Shown here: positions 1 through 10,747 of the stretch, piece by piece | How the letters are laid out: each line of letters begins with the position of its first letter | Position numbering within the stretch: position 1 is the stretch's first letter | Origin: Chloroflexota bacterium | Lineage (GTDB): Bacteria; Chloroflexota; Dehalococcoidia; Lucifugimonadales; JADFKI01 | NCBI GenBank assembly: GCA_027623195.1 | Contig: JAQBUT010000003.1 | Span: forward strand, 64,001-128,000 | DNA: 64,000 nucleotides | Direction of reading: 5' to 3' | Made by a program: the position numbers and the translations under genes | The notes under the pieces: generated by a model | The model's database searches: none | What the model was told of the DNA's origin: nothing | Seen by the model: only the letters and a program-made list of their open reading frames with translations

Positions 1-1085
1 TCCAGGGCGTCTTTTACGCGCTTGCGACCTCGGAAGGGCATCCAATAGGCGTTGTGGTACGTGTTGGATGCCGCTATGCCTACGTTGATCAGGGGCGACC
101 GGGTCAGGACGTTCTCTAGCGACCGGAATGGCCCCCAGTAGACTGACTTCTGGCTGCGGCTGAACAGCGTGTTCTCAGCACCGGTGAAGTGCCAGTTTAC
201 GTTCTCGATGTCCTCGCCAACGACCTCGATATTGCTCACGTCGGCGCAACCCAGACCCATCTCGTGGGCCATCCAGAGGAACTTGATGCTCATGGGGTCA
301 AAGCCCATCATCTTGGCGGCCACGGCATCCACAGCCACCTGGTCTGCGCCAGCCAGGATGACGTTCTTGATGTGCCAACGCATGGCCCTCGGCCCCGCGC
401 CATCGCCAGCAAAGGTGCCGTCGGTGACGGCGAAAATGCCCGGGTGAATCTCCTTCTGAATCTGCAACAGGTCCACCAGCGTCTCGTGTATGACGGGGTG
501 AGTCCAGTGGCGTTGGTGGTTCAGCAGGCCGCCGAAGGCGTTCTTCATCGCGCCGGTAATCGTCGTGAATACGTGGGTCTTCATCGTAGGCAAATGCAGG
601 ATGTTCTTACCGGGAAAGACTTCCGGAATCTGGAAACCCTTGGGGTATACCTGGTCCAGGGCGATCATCTTGGCTTTGGGGTGGAAGTCCATCCAGGGGA
701 CCTCTTCCAGGTGCAGGCTCTCGAGGCCATGGGACTGCTCGACGACTCGATGTTTGTTGGCGACTTCGCCTTCGCGGGCATCCACTACTACCGTGCCGTT
801 GTGGGTGGGTATCAGGTCTGTGTATCCGTCCTCTTTCAACGTGCGAATTACGCCATCCAATTGCCAGGGCGAAGTTGAGCACGCTGGGAAGTAGTACTGC
901 CAGGAGATGTTGGCCTTAAGCAGCGTCTTGTTTTCCTTAGGCAGATGCTTCTGGTAGTCGGCCAGCCTCATGGCCCGGCCAATGTCTTCCAAGACGGTGT
1001 CAGGCGTGGTGTAGACCACCGCCACTTTGGACCTGGTGGCCGTAACGCTGGACTGTGGTGTCTCTTCTCGTGGTGCTGTTGCCAT
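1..1085 (-). CDS. DUF362-domain (Fe-S cluster-associated) protein, 3' end outside the window
   Basis: Manually translated, absent from the ORF track: MATAPREETPQSS...KTLLKANISWQYYFPACSTSPWQLDGVIRTL...; GAAGGGGA RBS upstream; frame runs off the left edge. Confidence 0.7.
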   Translation of the reverse strand, partial: MATAPREETPQSSVTATRSKVAVVYTTPDTVLEDIGRAMRLADYQKHLPKENKTLLKANISWQYYFPACSTSPWQLDGVIRTLKEDGYTDLIPTHNGTVVVDAREGEVANKHRVVEQSHGLESLHLEEVPWMDFHPKAKMIALDQVYPKGFQIPEVFPGKNILHLPTMKTHVFTTITGAMKNAFGGLLNHQRHWTHPVIHETLVDLLQIQKEIHPGIFAVTDGTFAGDGAGPRAMRWHIKNVILAGADQVAVDAVAAKMMGFDPMSIKFLWMAHEMGLGCADVSNIEVVGEDIENVNWHFTGAENTLFSRSQKSVYWGPFRSLENVLTRSPLINVGIAASNTYHNAYWMPFRGRKRVKDAL

Positions 1086-1295
1086 GTAGATTCCCCTTCG
1101 ATTTTGGCAAATAATCGTGATGCCGTCGCGAATCCTATCGGTGTCTTACCGGATATTGGGACTGCTACGGGATGATTTTATCAGACACCTGGCATCGGGG
1201 CATCGGTTGAATAGCAGACGTTGAGGGGAGTTGGCCTGCATGTTCTAAATTCAGTTGCCTGATACCCTGGTCCATGAATGCCGTTGTAGTCCAAC

Positions 1296-2849
1296 TTAAT
1301 CCAAAAAATCTCGCAGCCTCTTGGAACGACTCGGGTGGCGTAGCTTGCGTAGTGCTTTGGCCTCTATCTGGCGGATTCGTTCACGTGTAACGCCGAAGTC
1401 CAGACCAACCTCTTCCAGAGTGCGGCTGCGACCGTCCTCCAGCCCAAACCGGAGTTGAAGAACCCTGGACTCTCGCTCGCTGAGGCTGTGCAGGACCTCC
1501 TCGACTTCCTCCCGAAGCACCCGGTATGATGCTGCTTCGGCAGGGGCCAGGGTTGCTCTGTCCTCGATAAAGTCACCCAGATGGCTATCCTCTTCCTCAC
1601 CTATGGGCGTCTCTAACGAGACCGGCTCCTGGGATAGCTTCAAAATCTCTCGGACCTTCTCGGGGGAGACCTCCATGGTCTTGCCAATTTCCTCGCTAGT
1701 GGGCTCGCGTCCGTACTCCTGCACCAGCCGTCGGCTAATGCGCAGCAGCTTGTTTATGGTTTCCACCATGTGGACGGGTATTCGTATGGTGCGGGCCTGG
1801 TCGGCAATGGCCCTGGTGATGGCCTGTCGAATCCACCAGGTGGCGTAAGTGCTGAATTTGTAGCCCTTACGGTAATCGAACTTCTGCACGGCGCGGATGA
1901 GCCCTATGTTGCCTTCCTGCACCAGGTCCAGCAGTGACATACCTCTGCCGATGTACTTCTTGGCTACGCTGACCACAAGCCTGAGGTTGGCCTCCGCAAG
2001 GTGTCTCTGAGCTTTGGCGCCGTCCTCTTTGACCTTCTCTATGTGGCCGTGGAAGACGATGTCGTGTGACTCCACGGAGTCCTTGAAGGCCTGGGATTCG
2101 GCAATGGCCTCCAACTCTGCTATGGTGGGCTCGCTTTTCAGGCTCTCCAGAATCTCCTTTGGCAGCAGGCGGGTGTTTAGCGCCAGCTTACGCAGGTCGG
2201 CCTTGGCCTGGTCCGGCTCAATGTTCAGAATTTCCGAGATGAAGTTAAGCATCTCTTCGGGAAGCTCGCCGTCCAGCACGTCCCGCATCTGGGGGTCTGA
2301 GACCAGATCATTGAGAGTCCTGGCGCCATCCAGGCCGATGTATCGGCTGAGGGCGTGCACAAGGTCCTTGGACTCGCAAATGCTTTTCAGGAACTGCTGA
2401 ACGAACATCCACGCTCTAGGCACGTTGCCTACGGATTTCTTGAGCTCGGATTCTACGCCTTCGACGTGTTTAAATGCCTCGATCCGGCGTGCAAGCGTGC
2501 GCTCGTCTGCGGCCTTTAGCAGGCCTACCCGTCCGATTTCCCTAAGGTACATTCGGACCGGGTCGTCGGTCATATCAACGTTGTCTAGGCTCTTATCCCA
2601 GACAGGGTTAAATGTCGACTCGTCCTCATCTTCATCCTCCTCCTCGTCTTCGTCCACGTCATCCGGATCGAAGTCAGGCTCGACTTCTTTACCGGTGCGG
2701 TTGACTGGTTTGGAGGACTCATCAGAGTCGCCGTACGAGAGTTTGTCGTCGCCCGATTGGCGGTTGTTAAGGATCTCATTGGCGGAAATTGGCTGCTTAG
2801 AGCCTGTTGCAAGGTCTTCCGAGTCCTCGCCGTCCAGAGATTTGTTCAT
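1296..2849 (-). CDS. rpoD: RNA polymerase primary sigma factor (sigma-70)
   Basis: [12 protein letters not shown] (region 1.2), [34 protein letters not shown]...[10 protein letters not shown]; downstream of dnaG. Confidence 0.97.
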   Translation of the reverse strand: MNKSLDGEDSEDLATGSKQPISANEILNNRQSGDDKLSYGDSDESSKPVNRTGKEVEPDFDPDDVDEDEEEDEDEDESTFNPVWDKSLDNVDMTDDPVRMYLREIGRVGLLKAADERTLARRIEAFKHVEGVESELKKSVGNVPRAWMFVQQFLKSICESKDLVHALSRYIGLDGARTLNDLVSDPQMRDVLDGELPEEMLNFISEILNIEPDQAKADLRKLALNTRLLPKEILESLKSEPTIAELEAIAESQAFKDSVESHDIVFHGHIEKVKEDGAKAQRHLAEANLRLVVSVAKKYIGRGMSLLDLVQEGNIGLIRAVQKFDYRKGYKFSTYATWWIRQAITRAIADQARTIRIPVHMVETINKLLRISRRLVQEYGREPTSEEIGKTMEVSPEKVREILKLSQEPVSLETPIGEEEDSHLGDFIEDRATLAPAEAASYRVLREEVEEVLHSLSERESRVLQLRFGLEDGRSRTLEEVGLDFGVTRERIRQIEAKALRKLRHPSRSKRLRDFLD

Positions 2850-3052
2850 ATATTAGCAACCCCGTTCGTCGGCCCCCAGGCGGTGTATCGGCGCTAATTA
2901 GGCTCCGATCACAGATACCACGCACTGGTACAAGACCTCATTTAATACAAGTGGAGACTGCTTATATATACCTCAATCCACGGCGTTACTAACCTGAATT
3001 TGGCCATGCGTAGGGGTTTAAAAGGTGTGCAGAAGGGTTGAGAGGAGAGGCG

Positions 3053-4867
3053 CTACTCGGCAAGTTTGATAGCGGCGTTAACGTTGGCGATTTCAAGCTC
3101 AAGGTCGCGAGACGGTGGCGTGCTCTCGTCGCCGGTGTCCAGAAGCGTCTCTTGAAGCTCCTTAAAGTGGCGATTCCGAAGTCTGCGAATGCACTGGTCC
3201 AGGGCCCTTTCAGACGCACTGTAGTCGGCTGGCGTTATCTCTGTGGTGAACAGGAACTCCAGGCGGTCGTGTAGGGACTCGTCTAGCGAATTTCTGAGCT
3301 CTTCCATGGAGGAGGACATCAACCACCTGCTCAAAATCTCCCTGTGTTCGGCGCTACGGAAGTTGTCAGGGGAGAATTCGGCCATCATCTCTTTGAACTC
3401 GGGCCTCCGAATCAGCAAGGCCATGGTGTAGTCCTCCAGCGCAGCCTCAGGGCTTGCGCCGAGGGTAGTCCCTGATATCCCTGGCGAGTTCCCACGTGAC
3501 GCGGTGTTCGAGCGGGTCCGGCGAGGAGCCTGGGGACGCGGCAGGCTTGCCATAAGCGCTTCTCTCGTCACGCCTATAGCATCTGCCAGCTTTCGGAGGT
3601 ACCGGTCCTGATCGAAGGCATCCTGGGCGGCGATAAGCGGGAATACCGTCTCCACCACCTGTGTCTTGCCCTGGCCGGTGCTTGTGTCGAACCGGGAAGC
3701 GATGGCCGGAATGAGGTAGTCCATCAGCGGCTCGGCTTCTTGGGTGATTCTCTCCCACTCCTTGGCATCGTGGCGAATCAGCTCGTCCGGGTCGCGTCCG
3801 TCCGGCAACGCGGCAATCTTGAGAGTGACGGCGTCCCGTTGATAAAGAACGCCCAATGACCTGTTCCGTGCGGCCGCCATCTGGCCTCCCAGGACTTTCC
3901 AAGAGGCCTCCAGGCTACGAAGCGTAGCCTCCTGTCCCGCGACATCCGGGTCTAACGCCAGAACGAAATTGGTGGCCAGCGACTTTAGCAGCGCCACCTG
4001 ATTCTCCGTAAGTGCGGTGCCCATGCTAGCGACAACGTTAGTGTAGCCAAACTGGTGCGCGGCAATAACATCCATGTAGCCTTCAACCACGATGCCAGTG
4101 TTGCTGTCTCTTATTGGGGCGTTGGCCAGGTGCAGGGCGTATAGCGTATTGCGCTTGTCGAAAATGGGCGTCGCCGAGGTATTGATGTACTTTGGGTTGT
4201 ATCCCTGGTCGTTAACCGGCGTGCTGTCCATCAGCCTGGCCCCGAATCCGGTAACCCTTCCCTGGCGGTCGTGGATGGGGAACATAAGGCGTCCTCGGAA
4301 AAAATCCCAGGTGCGGCCCTCTTCGTTACGGTAAATCAGTCCGGCCTGGATAGCCTCTTCCTCAGAGGCGTCCAGGCCTTTGAGGTAATTCTTGAGACCG
4401 TCCCAGCCACTCGGACTAAATCCAAGCTGGAACTTCTCTGCCGTGGCCTTATCAACGCCTCTGCCATCCAGGTACTTGCGAGCCTCCGCGCCTTGCGAGG
4501 CGGCGAGCTGCTCCTGGTAAAAGGTCGCGGCCAACTGGTTGATGCGCTGAAGGATGTCGCGTCGGTCGCTTTCGACCTTGCTCTGAGGTGTTATTTCGAC
4601 GCCGGCTTTCTGGGCTAGCAATCGAAGGGTGTCTCCGAATTCCAGGCCCTCCTGCCGCATGACGAAGGTGAAGGCGTCGCCGCCCGTGGCGCACGCGCCG
4701 AAGCAGCGCCAGCTCTGGCGCTCCGGGTTCACCACAAAGGACGGCGTTCGCTCGTTGTGGAAGGGGCAGTTGGCCTTGAAGTTGCGGCCTGCCTTGATTA
4801 GCGCAACGTATCCGGACACCACGTCCACGATGTCCAGTCGGGCCTTGACATCATCAACAACTGTCAT
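3053..4867 (-). CDS. dnaG: DNA primase
   Basis: CPFHNERTPSF...CFGAC zinc ribbon, PKYINT, VEGYMDVI, LDPDVAG TOPRIM motifs. Confidence 0.97.
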   Translation of the reverse strand: MTVVDDVKARLDIVDVVSGYVALIKAGRNFKANCPFHNERTPSFVVNPERQSWRCFGACATGGDAFTFVMRQEGLEFGDTLRLLAQKAGVEITPQSKVESDRRDILQRINQLAATFYQEQLAASQGAEARKYLDGRGVDKATAEKFQLGFSPSGWDGLKNYLKGLDASEEEAIQAGLIYRNEEGRTWDFFRGRLMFPIHDRQGRVTGFGARLMDSTPVNDQGYNPKYINTSATPIFDKRNTLYALHLANAPIRDSNTGIVVEGYMDVIAAHQFGYTNVVASMGTALTENQVALLKSLATNFVLALDPDVAGQEATLRSLEASWKVLGGQMAAARNRSLGVLYQRDAVTLKIAALPDGRDPDELIRHDAKEWERITQEAEPLMDYLIPAIASRFDTSTGQGKTQVVETVFPLIAAQDAFDQDRYLRKLADAIGVTREALMASLPRPQAPRRTRSNTASRGNSPGISGTTLGASPEAALEDYTMALLIRRPEFKEMMAEFSPDNFRSAEHREILSRWLMSSSMEELRNSLDESLHDRLEFLFTTEITPADYSASERALDQCIRRLRNRHFKELQETLLDTGDESTPPSRDLELEIANVNAAIKLAE

Positions 4868-4964
4868 AGTTCTTCTTTTGGATATTTAGCGGAAGCCATT
4901 TTATAAGTTGTACTAATCGGAGTCGGTAGGATCAATTTTAAGTAGCTTACGTCTGGGCAACGGG

Positions 4965-5345
4965 TTAGCCTTCGTCGGGTTGTCCGTATGCGTACTCGGC
5001 GATTCGGGTCAGAGGCTCACGGACGCTTTGCAGGTGCCAGGCCACGTGGTCGATAGACGCGCGAAGGTCCGTGAGGGCGTCGCCCACCATCTCCCAGCCT
5101 CGTTCTCCCTTTAGCATGTTCTGCAGCCGTTCAGCGAATTCCTGTTGTGCGCCCCACAGGTCACCCAGGTCTGTGCAGACACTGGAAAGGTCTTCGTTCA
5201 TGTCTTGTGGCAGGCCCATCTCCTGCAACATTATGACAACGCTGTGGGCCATTAGGGAGTTCTTCCGAGCCTGCATCAGGTCGGCTTCAAGCTCTGTTAC
5301 TACGAAATCGCTTTGCTCAGAATTCAAATCTTTTGTCCTCGTCAA
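4965..5345 (-). CDS. hypothetical helical protein
   Basis: 126-aa ORF co-oriented between dgt and dnaG; amphipathic helices; start uncertain (TTG). Confidence 0.65.
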   Translation of the reverse strand: MTRTKDLNSEQSDFVVTELEADLMQARKNSLMAHSVVIMLQEMGLPQDMNEDLSSVCTDLGDLWGAQQEFAERLQNMLKGERGWEMVGDALTDLRASIDHVAWHLQSVREPLTRIAEYAYGQPDEG

Positions 5346-5447
5346 TCAGTCGATGGCTTGGCATATGCAGGCATTAGGAAGAAAATCGTGCTACCTAACT
5401 CCGCCCTTCCAATCGAGCCAACGTCTTAATCATCATGGCCACGCTTA

Positions 5448-5708
5448 TTATTGAAATGTAGCGTAGTGGGAGATATACATCGTCCACAGCTCTTTTATCA
5501 TATCCAGGGACTGTTTCTGCGGGTCCTCGGCCATCTCATTTATCTGTCCGAATGCAGACTTCCAAAGCTCGTCCACCTCAAGCTTCCACGGCGCGTACTC
5601 CAGCCCGTGGGCGTCGCGCTGCATCGCTTCCAGGTGCTCGCGAATCCGCTTGACCTGGTTGCTAACCGTGCGGGTCCTAACTCTGTCTGCTGGTGTCACA
5701 ATCGGCAT
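5448..5708 (-). CDS. hypothetical protein, translationally coupled to dgt
   Basis: 86-aa ORF whose start overlaps the dgt stop. Confidence 0.7.
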   Translation of the reverse strand: MPIVTPADRVRTRTVSNQVKRIREHLEAMQRDAHGLEYAPWKLEVDELWKSAFGQINEMAEDPQKQSLDMIKELWTMYISHYATFQ

Positions 5709-6799
5709 TATAGCAATCTCTCTGAAAAAATCTTGGAAATGCCAGGCTCTATTCGCTCAGCCGTGCGCAAGGCGTACCGATCCGTCATGCCGGACACGAA
5801 GTCGGCTACCTCTTCAGCCTCTGACCTGCTTCGAAGGGCGTACTCCGTCGGAATTTCGTGTCGCGCCTCGCTAAAGTAGTGGTACAACAGCCGTATGATG
5901 CGCCGCGCCGTTTCGCCTTCTTCGCCGCTGTCTTTAGGTAGGTACACGTTCTGGAACATGAACTCTCGAAGCTCCATAAACGGACCCTGTAGGCCTTCGC
6001 TCATGGATATTATCGGCTCTTTCTTTAGCTCGCCTTGCGGCCCAGAAGATTCCCCTGAGGCAGACCAGGAGCTTTCTACGATGTCCGAAACCATGTTGTT
6101 GATGCGCTGCGAGTGGCTGTTCCCCAGCGCAGATATTACGTTTTGGGGTAGGTCGTTCTCGTTCAGCACACCGGCTCGAAAGGCGTCCAACAGATCGTGG
6201 TTCAGGTAGGCCACCGCGTCGGATATCCGAACGATTTGGCCCTCCAGAGTCAGGTCCTCGTCAGTGACGCCCGCCAGGAAGTTGCCCCGGGGCTTGGAGT
6301 GGAGAACGATGCCCTGACGGACCTCCCACGTGAGATTGAGGCCCTGGCCGTCCTTTTCGATCTGGTCTACGATGCGCAGACTCTGGTTGCTGTGCCTGAA
6401 ACCGCTGGGGTGGATGGAGTTCAGCTCGTCCTCGCCGATGTGACCGAAGGGAGTGTGGCCCATGTCATGGCCCATAGCGATGGCCTCGGCCAGGTCCTCA
6501 TTCAGATTCAGGGCCCTAGCAATGGTCCGTGCTATCTGGGAGACCTCTAGCGTGTGGCTAAGCCGGGTGACGTAATGGTCTCCCAGCGGCGCGATGAAGA
6601 CCTGAGTTTTGTGTTTGAGCCGTCGGAAGGCCTTGCAGTGAATGATGCGGTCCCGGTCTCTCTGGTAATCCGTGCGCAGGAGCGAAGCCTCTTCCGGAAC
6701 AGCCCTGCCTTGGGAGCCTGCAGACCGGGCCGCGTAGGGCGAGAGGGTATCCTCTCTTGCCTCCAGGCGTCGCCTGATCGAATCATCGGTAATGGGCAT
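5708..6799 (-). CDS. dgt: deoxyguanosinetriphosphate triphosphohydrolase (HD domain)
   Basis: YQRDRDRIIHCKAFRRLKHKTQVF, TRLSHTLEV, HDMGHTPFGHIGE, DFVSGMTDRYA. Confidence 0.95.
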   Translation of the reverse strand: MPITDDSIRRRLEAREDTLSPYAARSAGSQGRAVPEEASLLRTDYQRDRDRIIHCKAFRRLKHKTQVFIAPLGDHYVTRLSHTLEVSQIARTIARALNLNEDLAEAIAMGHDMGHTPFGHIGEDELNSIHPSGFRHSNQSLRIVDQIEKDGQGLNLTWEVRQGIVLHSKPRGNFLAGVTDEDLTLEGQIVRISDAVAYLNHDLLDAFRAGVLNENDLPQNVISALGNSHSQRINNMVSDIVESSWSASGESSGPQGELKKEPIISMSEGLQGPFMELREFMFQNVYLPKDSGEEGETARRIIRLLYHYFSEARHEIPTEYALRSRSEAEEVADFVSGMTDRYALRTAERIEPGISKIFSERLL

Positions 6800-6972
6800 C
6801 CCAAACTCCGGCTCGTCGTACTTCCGCGCTTTGAGATTCTACATAAAAAAGGCCTCGTATTCCACGCTCGGGAGCATACGGTACTTTCCGAAGTTTTTGG
6901 ACAGGTAGGCATCTTTTAAAAGTCCAGAAAATACGCAATTATTCTCGAGAGATTACGTTCCCTAAAACCTAT

Positions 6973-7001
6973 TTGACGGCAGGGGTGCAGGGGAATAAAC
7001 T
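6973..7001 (+). promoter_or_regulatory. sigma-70 promoter for malic enzyme
   Basis: TTGACG-N17-TAAACT. Confidence 0.55.
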
Positions 7002-7071
7002 TATTTGACCTTACCCTAGTTGCAGCCCCGTAAACTGGGGGAGGGCTTGGCGACGAAATAGGAGGCCCCAC

Positions 7072-8229
7072 ATGGTGGACTACGACCAGATGGCGATTGA
7101 TTTACACGCCAAAAACCGGGGGAAGATATCCGTAAAATCCAAGGTACCCCTAGTAACGATGGACGACCTGTCCACCGCGTATACCCCGGGTGTGGCGGCA
7201 GTCTGTATGGAGATTGCCAGGGACAAGTCCAAGGCATACGAGTTAACCAACAAGGGCAACATGGTCGCGGTGGTTAGCGATGGTTCCGCTGTGTTGGGCC
7301 TGGGCAACATTGGCCCCGAGGGCTCCATGCCTGTTATGGAAGGGAAGGCCGTGCTCTTCAAAGAGCTGGCCGACATCGACGCTTGGCCAATCTGTATCTC
7401 AGCCCACGAGCCGGAAGAGATTATACTGATAGTCCGTAGCCTGGGACCAACCTTCGGCGCAATTAACCTTGAGGACATCGCTGCCCCAAAGTGCTTCATC
7501 GTGGAAGAGGCTTTGCAGGACATGGGCATTCCAGTCTTTCACGACGACCAGCACGGCACGGCCGTTGTAGTTCTGGCTGCCATGATTAACGCCCTCAAAG
7601 TTGTTAATAAAGAGTTCCGGGACATCAAGGTAGTCTTCAGCGGCGCAGGAGCCAGTGGCATTGCATGCGCCAAGATTTTGCAGGTTATGGGCGTGGAGAA
7701 CATCATTCTGGTGGACACGCGAGGCACCATCTACAAGGGGCGCCCAGACCTCACGTCTGTCAAAGAAGAGATGTCGATGACCACCAATCCTGAAAACATC
7801 CGAGGCGACGTGCACGAGGCCATCAAGGGCGCTGACGTGTTCATCGGTCTGTCCACGGCCAACTTGCTCACAGCAGACGATATTCATTCGATGCACAAGG
7901 ATGCCATTGTTCTGGCAATGGCAAATCCTATGCCTGAAATATCGCCCGAAGAGGCCAAGAAGGGCGGCGCTAGGATTGTTGGCACTGGTCGTAGCGACCT
8001 GCCGAACCAGATTAACAACGTGCTGGCATTCCCAGGTATCATTCGAGGCGCGATGGACGTCCGTGCAGATCGCATCACCACTCGAATGAAGATCGCCGCC
8101 GGCCACGCCATCGCGGCGCTGGTGGAAGAGCCTACTCCCGACGAGATCATTCCATACCCGCTAAACCCGGCTGTTGTGCCTGCCGTAGCCAAGGCTGTAG
8201 CCGACGCCTGGAATACAGAGCTACACTAA
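7072..8229 (+). CDS. NAD(P)-dependent malic enzyme
   Basis: AYTPGVA, VSDGSAVLGLGNIG, PVMEGKAVLFK, FHDDQHGTA, GAGASG, TGRSDLPNQINNVLAFPG. Confidence 0.95.
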   Translation: MVDYDQMAIDLHAKNRGKISVKSKVPLVTMDDLSTAYTPGVAAVCMEIARDKSKAYELTNKGNMVAVVSDGSAVLGLGNIGPEGSMPVMEGKAVLFKELADIDAWPICISAHEPEEIILIVRSLGPTFGAINLEDIAAPKCFIVEEALQDMGIPVFHDDQHGTAVVVLAAMINALKVVNKEFRDIKVVFSGAGASGIACAKILQVMGVENIILVDTRGTIYKGRPDLTSVKEEMSMTTNPENIRGDVHEAIKGADVFIGLSTANLLTADDIHSMHKDAIVLAMANPMPEISPEEAKKGGARIVGTGRSDLPNQINNVLAFPGIIRGAMDVRADRITTRMKIAAGHAIAALVEEPTPDEIIPYPLNPAVVPAVAKAVADAWNTELH

Positions 8230-8385
8230 GCGCGACTTTTTTCTAGGGGGCTCTGCGGCATCCGGGGGATAGGTCAGGCATCGCCTATTCGCTATTTGTT
8301 GAATCACAGGATAAATAAAATATTATCCCTTTGCCGGATACCCCCCAAGAGCTGCCTATCCGAAAAAAATCAGGGAGAATATGAC

Positions 8386-10095
8386 ATGACCGTTTCAGCA
8401 GACAGGCTAACCTTCAAAAACGTAGACGGCGGGGAACAGGTGCTGACGCCCGAGTTTTTTGAATTGGTTGTGACTGCTCATGATAAGTTCTCGGCCAGGG
8501 TCCACGAAATCCGAGCCAAGCGTGAAGCCATGCTGGAACGGGCCGTGAAACATGGCATCATGCCCGATTTCCTTCCACCGTCGGAGGCCACAACCGGTGA
8601 CTGGAAAGTGCCTCCGGTGCCGGCAGAGCTACTTCAGCCCGGCATCGAGATTTCCGGCCCTGTATCCATTGCCAACATGGCGATCAACGCCGTAAATCCT
8701 GGCCCGGAGGGCGAGAGGGCGGCCGGATACTTGGATGACGATGAGGACTCGGGCGGGCACTCCCTGGCAGACACGGTCAGTGCAGCCATTAACCGGCTGG
8801 GCATCACTGAGGGTACCCTTACATTCCACAACGCGGAGCGTGACCGAACGTATTCGTTGCAAGAAGGCGATAAGCCCTTCTTCATGCACCGTGAGCGCGG
8901 CCTGCACCTGGATGAGGCCGACTTTCTGGTAGATGGTAGACCGATCTCCGCCACTATCCTGGGCATGTCGTTAACCTTTGCATACGTGGGCAAGGCCCAG
9001 ATCAAGCGTGGGCAGGGCCTGTATTTCTATTTGCCCAAGACGGAGATCGTGGAGGAGGCCGAGTTCTACCGCGACTTCTTCGACTTCTGCAAGGAATACC
9101 TGCACTACCCGGAAGACGCCGTGATTCGCGCCATATTTCTTGTGGAGTCCCTTCCAATCGTCTACATCATGGAAGAGATGCTCTTCGCGTTGGGTCCTTA
9201 TGCTGCCGGTCTGAACGCTGCCCGGTGGGACCTGAAGGCCAGCGTCCTGGAGTACATCATGGCCAACCAGGAGCTGGTTTGGCCGGACCGCTTCGGTGTG
9301 GATATCAAGACCACACCGTTCATAAGCAGTATCTTCCGCAGATTGGTGGCGGTTTGCCTCAAGCATGGTGCTGTGCCTATCGGCGGGATGGCCACGGCAT
9401 TGCCCAGTCGTGATGACGAGGTTAACAAGGCCGCTGCCGCTTCTATTCACGGTGACAAGGAGTGGGAGGCGCAGCAGGGATTCCTCCGAGGTTGGGTGGC
9501 TCATATCTTCCACATGAAGACCGCCGGGGACCCGTTTAAGGAATTGCAGGCCACCGACTGGAAGCCAGCCGACGAAATGTATGTCCCCGAGAACTTCCCT
9601 GTGGCCATCGAGGCCCCGGATGGCCCGACGACGTTGGCGGGAACCCACCGCAACGCCAGGATGATCGTCGAGTACGTGGATGGATGGTTGGGTGGTCACG
9701 GAGCCAAGGGCATCGACAGCCTTGAAGGCCAGCCTGGTATTCACCCTGCTCTCATGGAGGACCTGGCAACTGGGCGCATATCCGTGGCCCAGACGGCCCA
9801 ACGCATCATCCACGGCGTCGTGACTGAAGATACCGAACAGAAGCACGACCTGGCCCTGGTAAAACAGGTGTTGCAGGAAGAGCTTGACGACATCCTGAAA
9901 TTTCGTAAGGCCGATGTCCCGATAGGCGACTCAACGGCAGAGGCCGCTTACCGAGAGCAGGAGGAGCGCTACCGGAAGGCTTTTAAGGTATCTCTGCGTT
10001 GGATAAAGAACTACGTGGACTTCGACTTCCGCAGCCTCGGCACCTACACCCACCCCGACTTTGACCGCATCGCAACAGAGTCCGACGCCTTTTAA
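8386..10095 (+). CDS. malate synthase (divergent, MSA-like)
   Basis: EISGP, DDEDS, RGLHLDE, YFYLPK, GLNAARWD, IGGMA, LMEDLATGRIS; start moved to ATG 8386 after GGGAGA RBS. Confidence 0.85.
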   Translation: MTVSADRLTFKNVDGGEQVLTPEFFELVVTAHDKFSARVHEIRAKREAMLERAVKHGIMPDFLPPSEATTGDWKVPPVPAELLQPGIEISGPVSIANMAINAVNPGPEGERAAGYLDDDEDSGGHSLADTVSAAINRLGITEGTLTFHNAERDRTYSLQEGDKPFFMHRERGLHLDEADFLVDGRPISATILGMSLTFAYVGKAQIKRGQGLYFYLPKTEIVEEAEFYRDFFDFCKEYLHYPEDAVIRAIFLVESLPIVYIMEEMLFALGPYAAGLNAARWDLKASVLEYIMANQELVWPDRFGVDIKTTPFISSIFRRLVAVCLKHGAVPIGGMATALPSRDDEVNKAAAASIHGDKEWEAQQGFLRGWVAHIFHMKTAGDPFKELQATDWKPADEMYVPENFPVAIEAPDGPTTLAGTHRNARMIVEYVDGWLGGHGAKGIDSLEGQPGIHPALMEDLATGRISVAQTAQRIIHGVVTEDTEQKHDLALVKQVLQEELDDILKFRKADVPIGDSTAEAAYREQEERYRKAFKVSLRWIKNYVDFDFRSLGTYTHPDFDRIATESDAF

Positions 10096-10173
10096 TCGCG
10101 CCAACGTCGCAGGTTCATCCTGAGCTTAACTAAGGATAGGCTTTAGGGCGGCGACGCACCCAAGGATATATTT

Positions 10174-10210
10174 ACAAACAGGGGCAGGTTAAACGCCTGC
10201 CCCTGTTTGT
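10174..10210. terminator. intrinsic terminator after malate synthase
   Basis: ACAAACAGGGGCAGG-ttaaacg-CCTGCCCCTGTTTGT stem-loop. Confidence 0.8.
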
Positions 10211-10377
10211 TATCCCAAAATCACCCGACAACTCAAAAACTGCTTGTCAGATTTGGGCGTCTGCTACAATATATGGATAAATCAGGGGTTTGACAGAGAT
10301 ATAGCGGGCTTTTATGGCAGGCACCCCACAAAAGAGCGCGACTGATTGCGGATGAGTCTAAACGGTACGCACCGAGG

Positions 10378-10509
10378 TTGGATGGCGGCTCCACTCGGTT
10401 CGTCAAACCGAATTTGGGCAATCGACTGGGTATAGCAATAGTAGTCCTGACGCTGGCGGCCCCCGTATTCGCGTTAGTCACTACACCCGGCCCGGCTGGC
10501 TCGTCTTAA
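10378..10509 (+). CDS. small single-TM peptide, copy 1 (start uncertain, possibly decayed)
   Basis: Manually translated: ...NRLGIAIVVLTLAAPVFALVTTPGPAGSS*; C-terminus paralogous to the next ORF. Confidence 0.45.
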   Translation: MDGGSTRFVKPNLGNRLGIAIVVLTLAAPVFALVTTPGPAGSS

Positions 10510-10524
10510 GCAAAGGAGACTTCA

Positions 10525-10732
10525 ATGTTTTCGCCATTCGACCCCCAACAGTTCGATGCGACAGGTGTCCGACCAGATGAGAGGCATGCGTATCGATGCG
10601 GCGGGCAGTCGCCATCGTCCAGTGATGTTGCGATTTACGAGTACACGTCTGTGGATGGTCGTAGTCGTCGTTATCCTGGTTGGGGCCATATTCATGCTAT
10701 TCACCACGCCCGGCCTCGCAGGCTCGCCGTAA
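10525..10732 (+). pseudogene. small single-TM peptide, copy 2, apparent +1 frameshift in a C5 run (or alternative start at 10556/10577)
   Basis: AAAGGAG RBS + ATG 10525 (MFSPFDP), then +1 frame NSSMRQVSDQMRGM...LWMVVVVVILVGAIFMLFTTPGLAGSP*. Confidence 0.5.
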
Positions 10733-10747
10733 AGGGGAGAAAAAGCG

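Noticed and set aside
169..1175. Plus-strand ORFs 169-447, 189-878, 565-894 and 945-1175
   Set aside because: Antisense shadows of the minus-strand DUF362-like gene, which the track missed because it runs off the edge
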